From sequence record MW812342.1: a stretch of DNA of 64,000 nt. The stretch is one strand, 5' to 3'. The first letter of the stretch is position 1, and every line of letters starts with the position of its first letter. Shown in pieces: positions 1 through 9,250 of this stretch. Both the position numbers and the translations under genes were made by a program. The notes under the pieces are model-generated. The model had not been told where the DNA came from, ran no database searches, and was given only the letters and a program-made list of their open reading frames with translations.

Positions 1-2
1 AC

Positions 3-617
3 ATCGACCGTATTCTGCCGTGGTGGAAGCTCGGTAGCTCTACCCGTACGGCTACCTCGATTGTGAACTTTACTGCCGCGTCAATTCACGAGCTGCTGCC
101 ATCGTTCCTCGATAAGTACGGAATTAACCTGCAACCGAAGGATATCCAGAACGGGTCGCTGCCGTATGCCAGCAACCCGAACCAAGCGTACAACTACAAT
201 ATCATCATACTCGCCACATCTCCGGCCTATGTTGGTTCATCTGTTGGGCGACTGGATCGCGGTTTGCCGGTACTGGATACATCGATTACGGTTGATGTGT
301 TAACGGAACTGAATCACCCGATTCCGTTGACGAACCAGAAGTGTGTGGATTTGCACACCTTCGGCATCGACTTTACGGCATACAAGAATATGCTGACGGT
401 CAACGCGGCAGGATTGCCGAACTGGGCAGGGCTGCGGGCGCTGTTGGATTCGTTAGGTGTTCCGGCGTACTCTGCGCCACTGAACAGTAACTACGTGTCT
501 GACGTCGCAACCAGCACTGCGCAATACGCCAATAAGGATTTTGACCGTGTGGTGATTCAAACCGGCATCGATGAAACTGGAGCGAAGGGCGTCGCTTACT
601 ACCACTACAACAACTAA
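3..617 (+). CDS. Virion structural protein, 5'-truncated (paralog of the 675 and 4070 family)
   Basis: The frame is open from base 3 (IDRILPWW...) to the GTG at 63. The segment LLPSFLDKYGINLQPKDI matches LLPALNEQYGLALEPSDI in ORF 4070. Confidence 0.65.
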   Translation: MDRILPWWKLGSSTRTATSIVNFTAASIHELLPSFLDKYGINLQPKDIQNGSLPYASNPNQAYNYNIIILATSPAYVGSSVGRLDRGLPVLDTSITVDVLTELNHPIPLTNQKCVDLHTFGIDFTAYKNMLTVNAAGLPNWAGLRALLDSLGVPAYSAPLNSNYVSDVATSTAQYANKDFDRVVIQTGIDETGAKGVAYYHYNN

Positions 618-621
618 AACG

Positions 622-648
622 GAAGGGCCAACCGGCCCTTCTTTTTTT
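622..648 (+). terminator. Intrinsic terminator
   Basis: GAAGGGCC-AACC-GGCCCTTC followed by T7. Confidence 0.85.
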
Positions 649-674
649 GTTCGCGGTGGTTATTAGGAGCCATT

Positions 675-2102
675 ATGCAATTCTATTCCGAAGCGGCGCT
701 ACAACTTATATACCGTCAGGTGAACCGCGATAACCCTAATCTTCCTGTACCCATTAGCGACGACACCGTCGCCGTTAAAGACACGGTCAAGTCAGCGGGT
801 AGCGGTGCGGTACGTAACAGCACCATTACCGTGGTCGGGAAACCGGGTCGGGGGTACTACGGTAAGACTTTGTTATACTTTGACCGCGTGCAGTTGCCAT
901 ACCTGTTCTTCTCAACGCTCCGGCCGATGATTTACTTGCCCAAAACGGTCACCACGTTACAGGCGGCGTTGCCGTACATTAACAGTACCCTCGGGATTAC
1001 ATTAACGATCGATGATTTAGCGACACCGACAACTGTTCTGTCGCCGACCAGCACACCGACGAATATTTCAGTTGGTATCTCGGGCAACTCCCCTGCGTTT
1101 ATCGGGCCATTGCATTTCAGCTACCAGCTGGAACGAGGTAAGTATTACGCCGCATCAGGGCCCGGCCCGAAATACCTGCTCTTGGGTGATGAGAACTTTG
1201 GGTACTTTGGCAAAGTCACCACCGCGGAGATGTTCACGAACTTAGAACTCTGGAACGTTACGCTTGCGGGCAAAGGTACAACCGCGCAACGTCAATTCTT
1301 CGTGGAAGGGTGGTTCAAGTTCTTCTATAAAGGCAACGTGATTTTCATGCCTCAAGGCCCAACGGCCAGCAACCTCAGTTGGAATGACTTGTATAATCTG
1401 GGTTACATGTACGGTATCGATGGGGTAGGGAAATACCCGACGACCACACCGGTAAGTCAGTTAAGACAAATCAGTCTGAACAAAGCAGGGGTGACGTCTT
1501 ATTTCCGCTTGCGTACGCCGAGGGCTTCATTAAACGAACCGGATGCGTACTTCGTCGGACGTCCGGGTACCGGTAACTACGCAGGTTCAGAATTGGAGCT
1601 GTTAACCCGCTTGTTCTCCGGCGGCGAATGGGGGAATGAAAACGGGTCGCAGTGGGGTCAATGGTGTATGATGCAGGACACCATCAGCTCTAACCCATCA
1701 ACGAGTTTCCGTACTTCTACAATGACGGGCACCAACTGGTCGGTGGGCACAAAATCCGGCGCAGGGTCTTCGCAGTATTGGTGGCCGGTACTGGAGTTGA
1801 TTGACCTTAACAGTGCACTGGTGCCAACCGAGTCGGTGATCGGTCGTCTTGAGAATACACTGGCTCCTGTAGTTGGCACTGCCAACTTAACCGAAGGATT
1901 GTCCCCAGTCAGTATGGGTGTACCGAAGACGGTTGAGTTCTCGCCGGTAAGCGCGCAAGCATCGACGATTTCAGAACTCCACCCGCTCGTGTTGGGACTG
2001 CCAAAAACCACCGACTATAAACCGATCGCAGCCACAGCTGCTAATCGTGACATTCAGAAAACCGACCTTTCAGACGCCAACGGTGAACTGGACGGGTTTT
2101 AA
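675..2102 (+). CDS. Virion structural protein, type A (cassette 1)
   Basis: 475 aa with SD AGGAG. It has the N-terminal NRDNP..P / RN..I...G..GY.G...FDR module, a central GPG..LL.GD..GYFG.V...WFKF.YKG module and a C-terminal KTDLSDANGELDGF. This resembles paralogous virion families of phiKZ-like phages. Confidence 0.7.
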   Translation: MQFYSEAALQLIYRQVNRDNPNLPVPISDDTVAVKDTVKSAGSGAVRNSTITVVGKPGRGYYGKTLLYFDRVQLPYLFFSTLRPMIYLPKTVTTLQAALPYINSTLGITLTIDDLATPTTVLSPTSTPTNISVGISGNSPAFIGPLHFSYQLERGKYYAASGPGPKYLLLGDENFGYFGKVTTAEMFTNLELWNVTLAGKGTTAQRQFFVEGWFKFFYKGNVIFMPQGPTASNLSWNDLYNLGYMYGIDGVGKYPTTTPVSQLRQISLNKAGVTSYFRLRTPRASLNEPDAYFVGRPGTGNYAGSELELLTRLFSGGEWGNENGSQWGQWCMMQDTISSNPSTSFRTSTMTGTNWSVGTKSGAGSSQYWWPVLELIDLNSALVPTESVIGRLENTLAPVVGTANLTEGLSPVSMGVPKTVEFSPVSAQASTISELHPLVLGLPKTTDYKPIAATAANRDIQKTDLSDANGELDGF

Positions 2103-2114
2103 GAGGTAATACAC

Positions 2115-3113
2115 ATGGCGTTTATCTTGCGTTGGACGAACCCTAATAAGCTCGCCACGACTGTAAACATCTACCGGGACACGAAAGCGTTGGTGTCGGG
2201 AGCACTGCCCGCACCGATTGCCACACTCACGAACGGGGAAACACAGTGGCGGGATACCACCGCGCTGAAAGGCGGGACGTACTATTATCTGCTGTCCGTC
2301 ACGGCAAACGGCAAGACAGTCTACGGGGCGCAACAAAGTTACGCCATTGAAGTGAAGCGCGGTATTGGCCCGAACACGTTCTTGTGGGGTAACGACGAGT
2401 ACGGCTACATGGGATTGGTGCCGTATGCTGAGCAAATGGATCAATCGCAATTTCCGGCGGCGTTTAACGCGATTAACACCGTGCCTTTCACCGACCGCAT
2501 CCCCATGATGAAGTTCTCTTACCGCGGTAAGATTCTTTATTTGATTGATCGTAACCCCATCTACCCTGCCGATGTGCCGTGGAACACCCTGTATACCGGT
2601 GGCCTGATTTACGGAGTCGATGGGCCGGGGCCAGACGGTTGTTGGGGTGATTCTCAGCCGACTGACCAAGGCGGGAAGATTCTCCACAATAGCGATACCT
2701 ATCGACTGCGTGTCCCTCGTGGCCTGCGGACATTCTCGGAATCGTTAATGTTCCCGTTTGATAATGCGTTGGACAGAACGAACCACGACAAGTTGGTACC
2801 CCAGCCGGAGTATAACGAATTTAACGATTTGATTTATACGCAGGTGTTGGGTTTCCCTGCTAACCGCCGTGCACCGATCAACCGGCCGAATACCACCATT
2901 ATTCTCGGCAACATCGGGTATCCGTCGGGTAATACTGCGTTTAATGGCGGGGTGGCCTGTCAGGAACGCGATACACTGACAAACCGGGCACTGGCGCGTG
3001 GGTTGTTTACGTCCACGACGAAAGAGACCGCGATTGATGTCATGCAGAAGATTACCTACGTTGCGCCGACGCAAGGTTGCCGTTATATCCCCATCATTGA
3101 GTTGCAGGAATAG
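2115..3113 (+). CDS. Virion structural protein, type B (Fn3/Ig-like N-terminus; cassette 1)
   Basis: 332 aa. The N-terminal LRWTNPN..TVNIYR..LATL...W.D...YYY beta-sandwich pattern is followed by the shared GPG/GY.G.V/KF.YRGK module. Confidence 0.7.
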   Translation: MAFILRWTNPNKLATTVNIYRDTKALVSGALPAPIATLTNGETQWRDTTALKGGTYYYLLSVTANGKTVYGAQQSYAIEVKRGIGPNTFLWGNDEYGYMGLVPYAEQMDQSQFPAAFNAINTVPFTDRIPMMKFSYRGKILYLIDRNPIYPADVPWNTLYTGGLIYGVDGPGPDGCWGDSQPTDQGGKILHNSDTYRLRVPRGLRTFSESLMFPFDNALDRTNHDKLVPQPEYNEFNDLIYTQVLGFPANRRAPINRPNTTIILGNIGYPSGNTAFNGGVACQERDTLTNRALARGLFTSTTKETAIDVMQKITYVAPTQGCRYIPIIELQE

Positions 3114-3121
3114 GAGCGGCT

Positions 3122-4057
3122 ATGACTATCCAAATCAAATGGCCGTCACAGGCTTCTAAGGGCTTAACAAGCATTGAGCTATACCGTAAGGTGGGTTGGA
3201 ACGCTACGCTCGATGTAGTGAATCCTGGGACGCCTTATAAGGTGTTAGACCCGTCCGCAACATCGTTCACGGAAAGTCTCAATGACCTGACCGAAAAAAC
3301 CATGTATTCGTATTGGGTAGCGGCGGTGAAAGGTGATGAACGGCTTATCGGTGCGAAGATTGTCCAACCGTTCTATCTGGACACTGGACCGGGTGCGCAA
3401 GCGCCGATTCGGGGAGACTGGATTTGTGGGTACTTCGGGCGGTTAACGAAAGATGAGTTCTTTAACCGTCAGGAAGTGTTAGCGCAATTAACTGCCGCAC
3501 AACAGGGTGTTTACCAATCCGAACCACAATACTGGCATAAATTCGTGTACCGTGGGAAAATTCTATTCTTCCCGGAAACCCATCAGGGTTATGCCAGTTA
3601 TGCGAGCGTGTACAACGCGGGGTTAATGTCAGGTGATGTCGAACTGGCTATCATTCCGAACGGTAGCACCAAGACACCCCAGAACACTCGTGTGCAAAAA
3701 GATGGCCGTCAGTACATCTTACGTATGCCGTGGGGGAATACGCCAGGCGAAGCCAACGGTTGGGGTCCGAAAGGCGAATGGTTCAACACCATGGGCCGTA
3801 TGTTCGGGGCCTCAGGCAGTAACGCTGCGGACAACTTGGTCGCGGAACTGGGGGTGAGTCAACCGTTTTGGAATGACATCCCGGTCCTGTCGAACTCCAG
3901 TTCCAACACAGACATCGGCGCGGTAGGGTTGATTCCTTTGTACGCGGCCAATGGCTTCTACTACGCGTATCCGTACCGGCCAATGGCCTTTACGTCTGTG
4001 ACCGGCGTAACGACCAGCATGTACATGCGTTACGTCTTTGAACTTGTCTTACCATAA
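3122..4057 (+). CDS. Virion structural protein, type C (cassette 1)
   Basis: 311 aa. IKWPSQASKGL..IELYR N-terminus, shared module, and a C-terminal FELVLP. Confidence 0.7.
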   Translation: MTIQIKWPSQASKGLTSIELYRKVGWNATLDVVNPGTPYKVLDPSATSFTESLNDLTEKTMYSYWVAAVKGDERLIGAKIVQPFYLDTGPGAQAPIRGDWICGYFGRLTKDEFFNRQEVLAQLTAAQQGVYQSEPQYWHKFVYRGKILFFPETHQGYASYASVYNAGLMSGDVELAIIPNGSTKTPQNTRVQKDGRQYILRMPWGNTPGEANGWGPKGEWFNTMGRMFGASGSNAADNLVAELGVSQPFWNDIPVLSNSSSNTDIGAVGLIPLYAANGFYYAYPYRPMAFTSVTGVTTSMYMRYVFELVLP

Positions 4058-4069
4058 CGGAGAGCCACC

Positions 4070-5470
4070 ATGGGGCTTTATGCTGCAAACTCACTGAGTT
4101 TAGTGTGCCAGCAAATCCTCCGTGATAACCCCGACCTCCCCTTTCCGCTGACCAAAGATAATATCCTTGTGCTCGGCGGACCTTTCACTACGAACCTTGG
4201 GACAAGCGGGCGAAGAACCCGCCTTGTCTTAAATGGGAAAGCCGGTGCTGGGTTTACGGGGCGCAGAGAGTTTTTCTACGACAGGATTGATTTGTCGAAA
4301 CTCTTTACGGGTATCACGGTGGTGTTTGAGGCGGACGGTAAAGCTGCGACCATTGCAGATTTACTCCCCGCGTTGAACGAACAATACGGGTTGGCGTTGG
4401 AGCCGTCGGATATTTCGAATGCTTCCACACCGTTATCTTACGCGTACCAACCGACTTTTGTGGCAATGACGGTAGCCGCCACCTCTCTTGCGTACACCGG
4501 TTCTCTGTCCGTGACGTGGACACGCAAACCGTCGGGTTACTACCCTGACTCCGGTCCCGGTTCGAAAACGATGTTAATCGGGGATATGACCGCCGGTTAT
4601 TTCGGTACGGTTTCGCAAGCCGAGTTCATCTCAGCTGGAGACCTGTACGACAGTGACCGTACGACGCTCGGCAACTTCACGCCGGTCGTGAATGCGAATC
4701 TCTTCTGGGTTAAGTTTGCCTTGGATGGGGAGATTTATTACTTCCCGAGCAGCACGCTGATGACCGGGGTGTCGTGGAATGCGCTGAATGCCATTGGTGC
4801 GGTGAAAGGCGACAGTCAATATCCGTGGGTGTTGAAAGCTGGCGACGGAACCAATGCGTTTGTTGATTTGTCCCTACCGCGTTCCAACAGCGCCGACCCA
4901 ATGGGGCCTGTGCGTAATGAAGCCGGTAGTGTGTCGGCACGTATCTTCAACAAGCTACATTCCGGGGCATACGGTACCAAGGAATGGGAAAACCTGACGT
5001 TTGACTTAAACACCTTGTTCTTGTGGATGAACCACTATGATGATGGTTCAGCCAACTCGGTCTTTGTGAGTCAGATGAACCAAGCAACTGTGACCAGCAT
5101 TAAGGATAATGTGGCGTACAACTGGCGGCCGATGCTGAAACTGGTAGACGGTAAGGCGATAGTCATTCCCCTGCGTAATGTGCAGGGCGAACCCTTTGGC
5201 CGTATTGTCCCGCCTGCGATGGCAATTGACCAGTCGCGTGACCCGAATATGCCTGTGCGCATGCGTAATATTCTGGGCACGTATTTGCGCACCATTACCG
5301 CACCTACGATGTTGCTCCCACGACCGACACCGCAGGATGCAGTACGCCCGCCAATCAACCTGCGTGCGGGTATCCCAAACGGCGGCTTCCGTTACATGAA
5401 GATTACCGTAGAGTACAGCTCTAAGATACCGCTCAGTAGCCTCGATGGCGAACTCCCTGAATTTCAATAG
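4070..5470 (+). CDS. Virion structural protein, type A' (cassette 2)
   Basis: 466 aa, colinear with ORF 675; ends in SSLDGELPEFQ. Confidence 0.7.
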   Translation: MGLYAANSLSLVCQQILRDNPDLPFPLTKDNILVLGGPFTTNLGTSGRRTRLVLNGKAGAGFTGRREFFYDRIDLSKLFTGITVVFEADGKAATIADLLPALNEQYGLALEPSDISNASTPLSYAYQPTFVAMTVAATSLAYTGSLSVTWTRKPSGYYPDSGPGSKTMLIGDMTAGYFGTVSQAEFISAGDLYDSDRTTLGNFTPVVNANLFWVKFALDGEIYYFPSSTLMTGVSWNALNAIGAVKGDSQYPWVLKAGDGTNAFVDLSLPRSNSADPMGPVRNEAGSVSARIFNKLHSGAYGTKEWENLTFDLNTLFLWMNHYDDGSANSVFVSQMNQATVTSIKDNVAYNWRPMLKLVDGKAIVIPLRNVQGEPFGRIVPPAMAIDQSRDPNMPVRMRNILGTYLRTITAPTMLLPRPTPQDAVRPPINLRAGIPNGGFRYMKITVEYSSKIPLSSLDGELPEFQ

Positions 5471-5478
5471 GTGAAATC

Positions 5479-6531
5479 ATGGCATTAAGATTAAAATGGG
5501 ATAACCCCAACGTTGTCGCCACCAAGACAACGATTTACCGTGGTGATGCACCGCTTGATAACGCGAATCTTCCCGCCCCGCTGGCGACATTGGCGGCGGG
5601 TATCAACGAGTGGGTAGATAACGACGCGAAATTTGGCAACACGTATTACTACATTCTCGGCAGCAAAACCGACGTGGATGAAGTCCTCACCCCGAACCAG
5701 AAGATTCTGGTGGCGGATAACCGCGGTGTGGGGTCCTCTACCCTTCTCTTCGGCGACGACAGTCTGGGTTACTACGGCCAGGTGCTGTCGTCTGACTTCG
5801 TGAACTCAACCCACATCCTCGCCGCTGCGGCAACGACGTCCGGCTTACCGGGTGCGACCATCACTCCGACATGGCACAAGTTTATCCGTAAGGGTAAAAT
5901 TATCTACGTTCCAGACCGCAACTTTGGCAGTTGCGCATGGACGCAGTTGTATCAGGCCGGGTTGGTGTATGGGGTGGATGCTAATGGTCCTGCGGACGCT
6001 ACGCTAACCGGTTTGACGCCGGTGAACCAGAACCGTGTGATTGACTTCAAAGGCAGCAAGTACAAAGTGCGTTGCCTGCGTGGTATCACGGACCGCCCAC
6101 TGACGCTCGATATCTGGAACGCCCAGAAGGCGAACCAAGAGCAGCTCACTGCCCCCGAGGATAACGAATTTAACGATTTGGTTTATCCGCTGATGTGGCC
6201 TGTGCCGATCAAGTATCAACGTCTGCCGAATGTCGCAGAGGACGCGCCCGATGCGATTTTAGGCACGCCGTGGTACGCGTACGATTCCACGACGGCAAAC
6301 AACCTCACCCTGACCAACCGCATCATCTGTCAGGAACGTGCGCCGAATGCAAACGCCGCCGCGTCAGGGATATGTGTACGCGGGGTGCGTTCAGCAACCT
6401 ACGGGCCCAACCCGACACCGTATAGCGCCGATTTCTTGTCAGCAATGCAGTTTAATGCGGCTAACTTGGGTTGTATTTGGATGCCGGTGTTGGAGTTAGT
6501 TGAAGACACCGCCGTTGTTGCAAAGGGGTAA
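5479..6531 (+). CDS. Virion structural protein, type B' (cassette 2)
   Basis: 350 aa, colinear with ORF 2115 (LKWDNPNVVATKTTIYRG..., NEFNDLVY, CQER, W.PVLELVE). Confidence 0.7.
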   Translation: MALRLKWDNPNVVATKTTIYRGDAPLDNANLPAPLATLAAGINEWVDNDAKFGNTYYYILGSKTDVDEVLTPNQKILVADNRGVGSSTLLFGDDSLGYYGQVLSSDFVNSTHILAAAATTSGLPGATITPTWHKFIRKGKIIYVPDRNFGSCAWTQLYQAGLVYGVDANGPADATLTGLTPVNQNRVIDFKGSKYKVRCLRGITDRPLTLDIWNAQKANQEQLTAPEDNEFNDLVYPLMWPVPIKYQRLPNVAEDAPDAILGTPWYAYDSTTANNLTLTNRIICQERAPNANAAASGICVRGVRSATYGPNPTPYSADFLSAMQFNAANLGCIWMPVLELVEDTAVVAKG

Positions 6532-6537
6532 TAGAAA

Positions 6538-7422
6538 ATGGGTGTTAAAATTAGTTGGGATAGCCAAGCAGGGAAAGGGTTGGATGCGGTGGAAGTGTAT
6601 CGCAGCAAAACCAAAATTGACCCGCAAAATCCGGGTACACCTTTGGCAACGCTTGACCCGAACCTGACGTCCTATGAGGACTTCACTGCGGTCAACAAAA
6701 ACCTGTATTACTACTGTCTGGCGGCGAAGAAAGGAACTGAGCGGTCATTCGGTACCAGCCAACTGACGGGGTATTTCTCTGAAACGGGGCCAGGTAATGC
6801 GACCATCGCGCGCGGTAGCTGGAATGCTGGGTTTATGGATCGTGTTCCCAGTGCCTCATTCATCACCGGGGCCGATTTGGCGGCCAAACTCACCGGACTG
6901 GTTTACAGCGGTGGGGTAGGGTCACCGAGCAACTGGTTTAAGTTCGCGTACAAAGGGAAGATTCTGTTCTTCCCAGACGTCGCGTTGTTCACCACAACGT
7001 GGAACCGTTTCTACGATGCGGGCATGGTGTTTGGTACGGACGACTTCGGTAAGACACCGGCGGGGGTGCCGGGATCGGTTAACCAAAAACGTGTTGTGGA
7101 GATCAACGGGTTGCAATACATCGCCCGTTTGGCGAAGCTCTCGGACATCGATTTGGGTAAATACCTGACGGCGCAAGACGATACCATCGCCAGCGAATAC
7201 CGTTCAACGTTAACCCGTCTCGTTCGCGCAACGGTTGAGACTCAAGCCGGGGCCCTACGTCGCCTTGGTGACGGAACCAGCCTGCCGGTGATGTTGGGTC
7301 AGCACTTGTATTCGGCAACGCAGGCGGCTTATGCGCCAGCCGGGTCACCGGCCACATTGGCTGCCATTTCTATCACCAGTAACGCCACCACCGCCATTGT
7401 GCTTGAACTGATTATGCCTTAA
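6538..7422 (+). CDS. Virion structural protein, type C' (cassette 2)
   Basis: 294 aa, colinear with ORF 3122 (ISWDSQAGKGLDAVEVYR; KF.YKGKILFFP; ends VLELIMP). Confidence 0.7.
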   Translation: MGVKISWDSQAGKGLDAVEVYRSKTKIDPQNPGTPLATLDPNLTSYEDFTAVNKNLYYYCLAAKKGTERSFGTSQLTGYFSETGPGNATIARGSWNAGFMDRVPSASFITGADLAAKLTGLVYSGGVGSPSNWFKFAYKGKILFFPDVALFTTTWNRFYDAGMVFGTDDFGKTPAGVPGSVNQKRVVEINGLQYIARLAKLSDIDLGKYLTAQDDTIASEYRSTLTRLVRATVETQAGALRRLGDGTSLPVMLGQHLYSATQAAYAPAGSPATLAAISITSNATTAIVLELIMP

Positions 7423-7470
7423 AAAATAAAGACCCTACTCTCCCGTAAGGAGAGTAGGACTTTTTTATTT
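7421..7470. terminator. Bidirectional intrinsic terminator
   Basis: A-tract, then CCTACTCTCC-CGTAA-GGAGAGTAGG, then a T-tract, between convergent genes. Confidence 0.8.
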
Positions 7471-7950
7471 AGTGACCAGCAAACCGTTCGTGTTTAACGA
7501 GGGCTGTCCTTCGGTGACACACTGGAAGAACGTCATCCCTTCGCCGTTACCGGAAGCCGGGTCAACTGTCGAATACGAATAGGTTGCATTCTTGCCCTGA
7601 CTGCCATGTAATCGGTAATAACGTGTGCCGGTCAGCAGCTCAACACTGCCATCGATTTTACCGAGCAGATCTTTATACAGCTGAGGTGATTGCACATCCC
7701 CGCCCGGATAACTGGCATGCCATGTGGCCCCATTATCCACCACGGTAACGGAGAACGGCATCAGTTCCAGCTTACCGATTTGCGGCTGGTACTTGACAAA
7801 GGTCTCTTTGGCAGCGCTACACTGGTAGACCGTGAACTCGGTCGCAGCAACCGGAATGGTGCCGAATTGGCCCGTTGAATTGGGTGCCATTGCACAGCCC
7901 GCAACCAACAACATCAGCGCGACGAATAACATTTGAAGTTTACGCATCAT
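7465..7950 (-). CDS. Predicted lipoprotein
   Basis: ATG at 7950 has the SD-like AGGTAGGG. The signal peptide MMRKLQMLFVALMLLVAG-C carries the lipobox LVAGC. Confidence 0.7.
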   Translation of the reverse strand: MMRKLQMLFVALMLLVAGCAMAPNSTGQFGTIPVAATEFTVYQCSAAKETFVKYQPQIGKLELMPFSVTVVDNGATWHASYPGGDVQSPQLYKDLLGKIDGSVELLTGTRYYRLHGSQGKNATYSYSTVDPASGNGEGMTFFQCVTEGQPSLNTNGLLVTK

Positions 7951-8075
7951 TTCCCTACCTTTCACAATTTCGATTTTATTAGTGACAAACGTCATATAAC
8001 AAGCCACGTCTGTAAGAAAGTGCGACCCTGCTCCATTTTCTATGCACCACCTGTTAACACTAAGAGGAACACCTG

Positions 8076-8606
8076 ATGGCCATCATCACCCCACAGGCGC
8101 AACTGGTTGCCCTGTTCAATGCGAAAAACGCAAGCCTGCCTCAAGCACTGGCTGCTAGTGACGTTACCTTCGGTGCCGTTGCTTCATACGTGCCAGGCGA
8201 CGGTAGCGATACCCGTAACACCAAACTGACCATCACCGCAGTGGCGGATAACGCCCACTTCACCGGTGCGAAAGAGCTGCACTACACCCGTCTGAGTTCC
8301 GGCATTGTTGGCCCGAAAGCGGTTACCGCTGCACAGGCTGACTGGGACACCGACGAAGAAGTGCTGGCGAAGCTGAATGCGGACGTCATCACTGCCGGTA
8401 AAACCAGCGATGCGTTTGCGTTGTCTGACCTGACCATTACCCGTACCGACGGTGAGAATGGTGCGAAGGTGATTGATATCAGCATCAACGCTGGTCACAT
8501 CAAATACCTGCCGGGTCAAGTGGCGACGTACACCATTACGGAAGAGATCCAGAAAAGCGATCTCAGCACCACTGACGGCGAGCTTGACGGCTTCACCGTT
8601 GCTTAA
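8076..8606 (+). CDS. Short virion structural protein (type-A N-terminal domain plus GELDGF tail)
   Basis: 176 aa with SD GAGGA and TATG at 8041. It has the RNTKLTITA...F.G.K.LHY.R module and ends KSDLSTTDGELDGFTVA. Confidence 0.7.
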   Translation: MAIITPQAQLVALFNAKNASLPQALAASDVTFGAVASYVPGDGSDTRNTKLTITAVADNAHFTGAKELHYTRLSSGIVGPKAVTAAQADWDTDEEVLAKLNADVITAGKTSDAFALSDLTITRTDGENGAKVIDISINAGHIKYLPGQVATYTITEEIQKSDLSTTDGELDGFTVA

Positions 8607-8635
8607 TACCCTGACCGGTATGTTACGGTTCGGTA

Positions 8636-8670
8636 AATAGGGGGCCTCGGCTCCCTGTTTTATTTTTTTC
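8636..8670 (+). terminator. Intrinsic terminator
   Basis: AATAGGGGGC-CTCG-GCTCCCTGTT followed by a T-rich run. Confidence 0.6.
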
Positions 8671-8684
8671 TTCAAGGAGAGCAC

Positions 8685-9185
8685 ATGGCTAAGACATTGC
8701 AAGAAGAGTTCATTGATCTGGTGAATGCCAAAAATCCGGGGTTAGGGTTATCGTTAGCGGACGTTGATTTCAGCGACCCCAGCGATTACACACCTGGTGA
8801 GGAAGGTGGTACACGTAACAGTGTACTGACGTTAACAGCAAAAGCCAGCAGCGCAGGGTTCAAGGGTAGCAAAGCATACCACTTCAACCGCTTCAACTTT
8901 ACCCATCCAAATGGGGAAGATGAGGTGTCGGTAATGATGAGCGACCTAGACCTGTACTGGCAGGAGGATGATTATGTACTGGCGCAGTTTAACAAAGCCT
9001 TGCCTAACCATCCCGTTACCCTGTCAGAGGTTACCATTACCCGCACCACGGTAGAAGGTCGACTGCGCGTGAAGATAAAAATCGTTCCGACGCATTTGAA
9101 GTGGCAAGGTGCGTATGTGTTTGAAATCTACGACGGTAAAACGTTACTGGACAACCGCAACGGCGAGTTAGACGGGTTTAATTAA
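8685..9185 (+). CDS. Short virion structural protein, paralog of 8076
   Basis: 166 aa; LVNAKNP.L...LADVDF...RNSVLTLTA...F.GSK.YHF.R; ends NRNGELDGFN. Confidence 0.7.
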   Translation: MAKTLQEEFIDLVNAKNPGLGLSLADVDFSDPSDYTPGEEGGTRNSVLTLTAKASSAGFKGSKAYHFNRFNFTHPNGEDEVSVMMSDLDLYWQEDDYVLAQFNKALPNHPVTLSEVTITRTTVEGRLRVKIKIVPTHLKWQGAYVFEIYDGKTLLDNRNGELDGFN

Positions 9186-9194
9186 TAAAAGGTG

Positions 9195-9220
9195 TACCGC
9201 TACCCTTCGGGGTAGCGGTA
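9195..9220. terminator. Hairpin/terminator at a convergent junction
   Basis: Perfect 11-bp stem TACCGCTACCC-TTCG-GGGTAGCGGTA with a cUUCGg loop. Confidence 0.75.
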
Positions 9221-9250
9221 TCCTTATTTTAAACGGCCTGTACGGCCTTC

